Source: Octopus vulgaris (taxonomy: Eukaryota). From it: a DNA stretch of 64,000 nucleotides. Within the stretch, counting starts at the first letter, position 1, and the number at the start of each line of letters is the position of its first letter. The DNA lies in the NCBI GenBank assembly GCA_951406725.2, contig OX597820.1:3906001-3970000 (forward strand). Reading direction: 5' to 3'. Both the position numbers and the translations under genes were made by a program. Of this stretch, positions 60,921 through 64,000 are shown piece by piece. The notes under the pieces were generated by a model. It was not told the DNA's origin, ran no database searches, and saw only the letters and a list, made by a program, of their open reading frames with translations.

Positions 60921-63780
60921 AAAAAATACATAGGTTTTTTTTCTTATCATTTTTATGTTCATTCTTGCAGTCACGCTTATTTGAATCCAAACTAAAATGC
61001 AATAAGACTTGGGTGTTAATACATCTAAGATTTAATTTGTTCTCCTGTCTGTGAAATCCAATATATATCTCTATTTAAAACTCCTTTTTACTGGTCAACC
61101 TGTATGTGTATGTACTTTGGGGAATTAGCAAATAAGGAGCCATCTGTTATTTCAGATTCGTATTTAATATTTCCCAGCCGTCAACTCTCAGTTCGTCTAA
61201 GATTTTCAGTAAATAGGTTGTTGGTACCAGGATGTGGGAAGGATAAGAACTTTACAAAAGATATACGATATGAGTAAAGATGTATAAAAAGCAACCACTT
61301 ACGTGATTGTCTTGTATAGAATAAATATTAATAGTCTATAAAATCAGGTATTGAGTTGTTTTGTATATAAGAAAAGTTTTGTTGATGTTTGGCGAAAATA
61401 AGTGTTTTTATTTGATTTTTATAGAGAGGAAATGGAAATAATAATAATAAAAGATGGTGTGAGATCATTATTAATGTTGGGGAGGCAACAATTGAAATAC
61501 TTGGATATTCTAAAACTAATGTATTTATACTTGCAAAGATTTACGTGTACATACGTAAATACATGTGCACATGTATATATATATACTCATACACACACAT
61601 ATAGATATATATATATATACGCATGCACACATATACCCATACATGGACATTCCTACATACACATCATCATCATCATCGTCGTTTAGCGTCCGTTTTCCAT
61701 GCAAGCATGGGTTGGACGGTTCTACTGGGGTCTGTGAAGCCAGAAGGCTTCATCAGGCCCAGTCAGATCTGGCAGTGTTTCTACGGCTGGATGCCCTTCC
61801 TAACGCCAACCACTCCGTGAGTGTAGTGGGTGCTTTTTACGTGCCACCCGCACAGGTGCCAGACAGAGCTGGCAAACGGCCACGAACGGATGGTGCTTTT
61901 TATGTGCCACCGGCACGAGGGCCAGGCGAGGCTGGCAACGGACACGAAACGGGGCGGTGCTGGCAATGGTCGCAAAACGGAAGGTTCTCTTACATGCCAC
62001 CGGCACTGGTAACACATCTGCAATTTCCATTGATCGATTTCGATTCTGATCCTCACTTGCCTCAACAGGTCTTCACAAGTAAAGTTTTGTGTCCCAAGAA
62101 GGGAAGGTATGCATACTTTATATATTTATAGACATAACATTGCATTATATATTAATATCTAAATTGAAGAATTCTAACAAATATCCCAAAAGCCAGAATT
62201 GACAAATTGCTTTATAACCAAACAAAATGACCCTATAAAAGCTTTTTTGGACCCTTTAGATTAAAAAAAAAAAAAGATGTATATCCCTGTTTTGTAAGTA
62301 TGAAATACCTGTAGATTTAAGTATACGATCAGATCCATTTCTGAAGGTATATATATTTTTCTGATTGTACATGTAGACAATCTTAACACCCCTGGATTGG
62401 GGACACGAGATTGCTGTATATATTGTCCAACCCATGCCAGCATGGAAAGCGGACGTTAAACGATGATGATATATATACACACACACACACACACGTGTGT
62501 ATATGAATATGTATGTATGTAGGTTATACCTTTCCATTGCCAGTATACACACACACACACATAAGAATCTATGGACTTATTCTCTGCGAGTGTGTAGATT
62601 CAAAGTGGCAAATACTCAATTTATAATTTCTACACAGAAGGATTTAAAACGTAGAATATATTCTAATTGGGAAAATATGTAGGTGAGAGAAAATCTTTTA
62701 CCATGTGTATTTGCTTGTGTGTGTATATGTATGTATATCTAGCTAAGTACACATGTAATTCAGTATATGTTTTTATAAATGTTTATTCTATCTCAAAACG
62801 TATATGTATGCAGATCTGTATGGTTATATGACTATATGTATATATAAAATATACATCTGAATGTCCAACCAGTTATACAAGTTAGAAATTATATAATTTT
62901 TAAAAAATGTGTGTGTGGGTATATATGTGTATATATATATATATATAAAGATGTGTATGTAAGAATGTACACACATGTATGGGTGTGTGTGTGTACCTAT
63001 TTCTATATCAGTGTGTATATGTATTTACATATGTACACGTAAATCTTTGCACATCTTTGCAAGTATAAATACATTAGTTTTAGAATATCCAAGTATTTCA
63101 ATTGTTGCCTCCCCAACATTAATAATGATCTCACACCATCTTTTATTATTATTATTTCCATTTCCTCTCTATAAAAATCAAATAAAAACACTTATTTTCG
63201 CCAAACATCAACAAAACTTTTCTTATATACAAAACAGCACAATACCTGATTTTATAGACTATTAATATTTATTCTATACAAGACAATCACGTAAGTAGTT
63301 GCTTTTTATACACCTTTACTCATATCGTATATCTTTTGTAAAGTTCTTATAAATAAATCAAGATCTGGTTACATAATTACGACATAGAACAACGATTTTT
63401 GTCTATGAATTATTGACCTGTTATTCATAGAAAAAAAACTCTCCTTCCCACATCCTGGTACCAACAACCTATTTACTGAAAATCTTAGACGAAATGAGAG
63501 TTGATGGTTGGGAAATATTAAATACGAATCTGAAATAACAGATGGCTCCTTATTTGCTAATTCCCCAAAGTACATACACATACAGGTTGACCAGTAAAAA
63601 GGAGTTTTAAATAGAGATATATATTGGATTTCACAGACAGGAGAACAATTTAAATCTTAGATGTATTAACACCCAAGTCCTATTGTATTTTAGTTTGGAT
63701 TCAAATAAGCGTGACTGCTAGAATGAACATAAAAATCCCTTAAAAATGATAGCTAAGAAAAAAAAACTACGTATATTTTA
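60921..63780. repeat. Long inverted duplication (arms ~60921-61665 and ~62950-63780)
   Basis: Reverse-complement identity; mirrored ORFs at 61402 (+) and 63003 (-). The right arm carries an extra ~90 bp (~63351-63441). Confidence 0.92.
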
Positions 63781-64000
63781 ACCCTTTCGTTGCTGTATTT
63801 ATTTTCAGATGCTCTGTGTTTCTTCCAATTATTTTAAATATAACAAAAGAATTTAGTAAAATAACATCATTATAATTAAGCTAGTTTTAGGAACATAAAT
63901 TGTGACTAAGGTTTGGTGGAAGATTTTAATTCAGAACTTTTGAAAACCAGGCATTTGTATTAAAGAGCCAGAGCCGGTTTCAGCCAGGTTTGTAACAAAA

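Noticed and set aside
61565-62131. 188-aa ORF
   Set aside because: Microsatellite plus antisense family C repeat.

Overview
AT-rich, microsatellite- and repeat-dense eukaryotic DNA. The SINE/RTE repeat families suggest an octopus (coleoid cephalopod) genome; this is inference. Three protein-coding genes lie on the + strand. (1) The last 13 coding exons of a cytosolic acetyl-CoA synthetase (ACSS2-like, 2351-35191; the 5' part is outside the window), with an ~18 kb intron. (2) An intronless Mos kinase (40288-41364) with an overlapping uORF and a Musashi/CPE/hexamer-type 3'UTR. (3) A complete 10-exon BRIX1/BRX1 ribosome-biogenesis gene (46078-60498, 308 aa). The most striking structure is a ~2.25 kb near-perfect palindrome inside BRIX1 (49246-51497; arms ~1.1 kb, 38-nt spacer) that puts an identical antisense copy of coding exons 4-5 and their splice sites into intron 3. 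A second long inverted duplication lies just 3' of BRIX1 (~60921-63780). Also present: Penelope-type minimal hammerhead ribozyme motifs, RTE, CR1 and Gypsy relics, a decayed Tc1 element, several MITE families and tRNA-derived SINEs. Most ORFs in the supplied track are spurious translations of repeats.
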